DNA from: Vicinamibacterales bacterium | GTDB lineage: Bacteria; Acidobacteriota; Vicinamibacteria; Vicinamibacterales; UBA2999 | Direction of reading: 5' to 3' | Length of the DNA: 43,607 bases | Assembly (NCBI GenBank): GCA_035553795.1 | Contig: DATMJU010000733.1 | Span: 1 to 43,607, forward strand | Part shown: piece after piece, positions 40,833-43,607 of the stretch | Position numbering within the stretch: position 1 is the stretch's first letter | How the letters are laid out: every line of letters starts with the position of its first letter | The notes under the pieces: generated by a model | Database searches by the model: none | Told to the model about the DNA's origin: nothing | What the model saw: the letters and a program-made list of their open reading frames with translations, nothing else | Position numbers and translations under genes: made by a program

Positions 40833-41411
40833 ATGCACATCGACACACACACCGGGCTCGATTCGCCGAAGGGCGTCTGGTGGACGCCCGCGCACCGCAC
40901 CGAGAAGGTCTGGGTCGCCATCGCGTTCGTCTGGTGCCTCGTGCTGTTCGCCATGATGCCGCTGTGGCACTGGAAGGGCGGACAGAACCCCTCGGGCATC
41001 CGCAGCCGCACGACGCCGCAGGCGTACGGGGCGCGCGTCGCCGAGTTCATCGAGCAGTACAAGACCGGCGAGGATCGCGGGATGCCGATCGTCAGCCCGC
41101 CGCCTGGCGCGGACGTCTACCTGGCCGCCACGGCCTACCAGTGGTTTCCGATTCTCAGGCTGCAGAAGGACGTCGAGTACACGCTGCACCTGTCGGCGCT
41201 CGACGTGAACCACGGCTTCTCGCTCTACCCGATCAACGTCAACTTCCAGGTCGTGCCGGGATACGACTACGGGCTGCGGGTCACGCCGAACGCCTCGGGT
41301 GACTTCCGCATCATCTGCAACGAGTTCTGCGGCATCGGCCACCACGTGATGGTCGGACGGGTGATCGTCGAGGACGGCCCGACCCATATCGCACAAGGAG
41401 CCGTTCGATGA
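40833..41411 (+). CDS. Heme-copper oxidase subunit II-like cupredoxin protein with a CuA-type motif
   Basis: CNEFCGIGHHVM matches CxExCGxxHxxM. One N-terminal membrane helix. Confidence 0.7.
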   Translation: MHIDTHTGLDSPKGVWWTPAHRTEKVWVAIAFVWCLVLFAMMPLWHWKGGQNPSGIRSRTTPQAYGARVAEFIEQYKTGEDRGMPIVSPPPGADVYLAATAYQWFPILRLQKDVEYTLHLSALDVNHGFSLYPINVNFQVVPGYDYGLRVTPNASGDFRIICNEFCGIGHHVMVGRVIVEDGPTHIAQGAVR

Positions 41412-43189
41412 CCACGTCCGTCACCGTTCCCCGCACCGGCGTTGCGGCGCAGCCCGCCGGCGGCGCAGCCTTCCGCACCTGTCCGGCGACCGGCCGCCGC
41501 ATCGACCTCGGCGCCGAGCTGCTGATCAAGGTCCATGCCGTCACGGCCGTGGTGGCGCTGCTCATCGGCGCCGTCGCGGCCGTCCTGCTCGTGCTGACCC
41601 GCTGGCAGGCGGTCCATCTCCTGCCAGCCGTGTGGTACTACCGCCTGCTCGGCGTGCACGGCATGAGCATGCTGATCTTCTTCATCATCTTCTTCGAGAT
41701 GGCCGTGCTCTTCTTCGCGAGCACCGTGCTGCTGAACGCGCGGAACAGCGCGCCGAAGACATCGTGGGCGGCCTTCGGCCTGATGCTGCTCGGCGCGCTC
41801 ATGGTCGAGTGGATGATGTGGGCAGGCAAGGCGGACGTCCTCTTCACGTCGTACGTGCCCCTGCGCGCCGATCCGATGTTCTACCTCGGCGTGATCCTCT
41901 TCGCCGTCGGCACCCTCGTGACCGTCGGCATCTTCTTCGCGAACCTCGTCGTCGCGAAGCGGGAACGCACCTACGAGGGCTCCGTGCCGCTGGTGGTCTA
42001 CGGCGCCGTGACCGCCGCGATCATCGCGGTGATCACGCTCCTGCACGGCGCGGCCATCTACATCCCGACCTACCTCTGGTCGCTCGGGCTGATGGAAGTG
42101 GACCCGCAGATCTACCGGATGGTGTGGTGGGGTCTCGGCCACTCGTCGCAGCAGATCAACGTCGCCGCGATGGTCGCCATCTGGTACATGCTCGGCGCGC
42201 TCACGATCGGCTCGGTCGTGCTGAACGAGAAGATCAGCCGCGGCGCGTTCGTGCTCTACGTGCTCTTCATCTCGATGGCCTCGGCGCACCACCTCCTGGT
42301 GGATCCCGGGATGGGTCCCGCGTGGAAGGTCGTCAACACGAGCTACTTCATGTACATGGCGGTGCTCGCGTCGATGATCCACGGGTTCACCGTGCCGGCC
42401 GGCATGGAGCTCGGCATGCGGCTCCGGGGCTTCACCAGCGGCATGTTCGACTGGCTGCGCCGGGCGCCATGGGGCGACCCGGGCTTCAGCTCGCTCGTGT
42501 TCTCGGTCGTCGTGTTCGGGTTCGTGGGCGGCATCACCGGCGTGACGATCGGCACCGAGCAGATCAACATCATCGTGCACAACACGCTGCGGGTGCCCGG
42601 CCACTTCCACGCGACGGTGGTGAGCGGCACCGCCATGGCGTTCATGGGGGCGACCTACTACCTGATCCCGCTGATCTTCCAGCGCAAGGTGGCGTTCTGG
42701 AAGCTCGCGCAGATCCAGCCGTACCTGTTCGCCGGCGGAATGCTGATCTTCTCCCTCTCGATGACCTTCGCCGGCAGCTTCGGCGTGCCGCGGCGGCACT
42801 GGGACATCTCGTTCAGCCAGGCGATGCACGAGGTGCAGTTCAACCCCGTCGTCGATCTCGTGCTGGCGGTGGTCGCGCTCGGCGGCCTCCTCGCGGCAAC
42901 GGGAGCCTTCGCCTTCATTGCCATTGCGGTGAAGTCCGTGTTCTTCGGCGAGCCGCTCGGTGAAATCACGAAAGGCGTGCATTCGCCGGGGGTGCCCCCC
43001 GGGCTGACGCACCCGCCGGTCCACGCGCCCGACGTCGACGCGCGGAACGCGAAGCTGCACGACGCCTCACGCGGCATCGCGGGGCCCGTGCCGGGCACGC
43101 TCGTGCTCGTCTTCGTGTTCCTCGCGGCGTTCGTCGTCTACTTCTTCGTGAACTGGAAGATCCTGTCGTTCCTGTGGAGGATCGGATGA
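41408..43189 (+). CDS. Heme-copper oxidase superfamily subunit I, divergent
   Basis: Histidine ligand pattern WWGLGH, SAHHLL and VPGHFHATV across about 12 hydrophobic helices. ATGA overlap with subunit II. Confidence 0.75.
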   Translation: MTTSVTVPRTGVAAQPAGGAAFRTCPATGRRIDLGAELLIKVHAVTAVVALLIGAVAAVLLVLTRWQAVHLLPAVWYYRLLGVHGMSMLIFFIIFFEMAVLFFASTVLLNARNSAPKTSWAAFGLMLLGALMVEWMMWAGKADVLFTSYVPLRADPMFYLGVILFAVGTLVTVGIFFANLVVAKRERTYEGSVPLVVYGAVTAAIIAVITLLHGAAIYIPTYLWSLGLMEVDPQIYRMVWWGLGHSSQQINVAAMVAIWYMLGALTIGSVVLNEKISRGAFVLYVLFISMASAHHLLVDPGMGPAWKVVNTSYFMYMAVLASMIHGFTVPAGMELGMRLRGFTSGMFDWLRRAPWGDPGFSSLVFSVVVFGFVGGITGVTIGTEQINIIVHNTLRVPGHFHATVVSGTAMAFMGATYYLIPLIFQRKVAFWKLAQIQPYLFAGGMLIFSLSMTFAGSFGVPRRHWDISFSQAMHEVQFNPVVDLVLAVVALGGLLAATGAFAFIAIAVKSVFFGEPLGEITKGVHSPGVPPGLTHPPVHAPDVDARNAKLHDASRGIAGPVPGTLVLVFVFLAAFVVYFFVNWKILSFLWRIG

Positions 43190-43607
43190 GCGGCCCCGCA
43201 CGCGGCCGGGCCGCAGTCGCCGCCCTGGCTGCCATCATTGCCATCACCGCCTCGTGGTGGGCGCTGGCGCTGTGGCCCGTCGGCTCCGCCGCGCCGGAAT
43301 GGTTCCTTCGCACGCGGGAGGTCTGCTTCGGATCGACCGCCGACGCGCTGCCGACGTCCGCCGGGTGGCTGCTGCTCATCGGGCAGCCGCTCGGCATGAT
43401 CGCGCTGCTGGCGACCGTCTGGGGGCCGGAGCTCCGGGCGGGCCTGGCGCTGATGATGGCGAAGGTCAGCGGCCAGCTGACGGTCGCGGTGGTCTCGGCC
43501 CTCGTCGTGGCGGGGCTGGGCGCAACCGCCGTCCGCGTCCGCACCGCGGAGCTGGAATCGTTCTCCACCGGCGCCGCGGAGCTCGCGAACGAGTTGACGC
43601 GGCTCAA
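43186..43607 (+). CDS. Membrane protein, partial (runs off the window end), coupled to oxidase subunit I
   Basis: ATG 43186 overlaps the stop at 43187-43189 (ATGA). The frame is open with high GC3 to the window end, with hydrophobic segments. It is absent from the ORF track because no stop is seen. Confidence 0.5.
   Translation, partial: MSGPARGRAAVAALAAIIAITASWWALALWPVGSAAPEWFLRTREVCFGSTADALPTSAGWLLLIGQPLGMIALLATVWGPELRAGLALMMAKVSGQLTVAVVSALVVAGLGATAVRVRTAELESFSTGAAELANELTRL

Noticed and set aside
38928-43607. Very long antisense or off-frame ORFs in the respiratory region (38928-40661, 40662-41396, 41267-43060, 41632-42963, 42966-43607 and others)
   Set aside because: Their low-complexity Arg/Gly/His/Asp-rich translations are typical of high-GC3 shadow frames. 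The cytochrome b fusion and oxidase subunits explain the DNA.

Overview
High-GC bacterial window made of two parts. Positions 31-32613 (about 32.6 kb, by eye less GC-rich than the right flank) are an integrated genomic island. It is bounded by a perfect 39-bp direct repeat equal to the 5' half of tRNA-Ser(GCU). A tyrosine integrase ends inside the intact tRNA at the right edge, and identical 25-bp candidate arm sites sit next to both repeat copies.

The cargo is dominated by defence-like genes:
- a BrnT/BrnA toxin-antitoxin pair at the left edge;
- an unrecognised four-gene coupled operon encoding membrane proteins (981-3199);
- a Druantia-like locus (3724-18485). One operon encodes a 974-aa unknown, a 361-aa unknown, a 1,857-aa DruE-like helicase/DUF1998 protein and a Cas4-like nuclease. 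It converges on an HTH, GHKL (MORC-like) ATPase and DUF4338 (DruA-like) operon that lies behind an AT-rich triple-operator promoter;
- a SurE-like nucleotidase, NB-ARC/pentapeptide/WD40 STAND NTPase and membrane pentapeptide-protein operon (23276-28385).

The island also carries a mobile-element maintenance module (DUF932, RadC/JAB, SpoVG-like, excisionase) with three apparent frameshifts, and an FGGY kinase coupled to an unknown zinc-ribbon protein. I see no conjugation genes, DNA methyltransferase, CRISPR array or rRNA.

The right flank (32.7-43.6 kb) looks like core chromosome: a PQQ-type dehydrogenase, two DUF21/CBS transporters, a methyltransferase, a PadR pair, a cytochrome b/Fe-S/MvhD fusion and a divergent heme-copper oxidase operon.

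All family calls come from motif recognition by eye. No searches were run.
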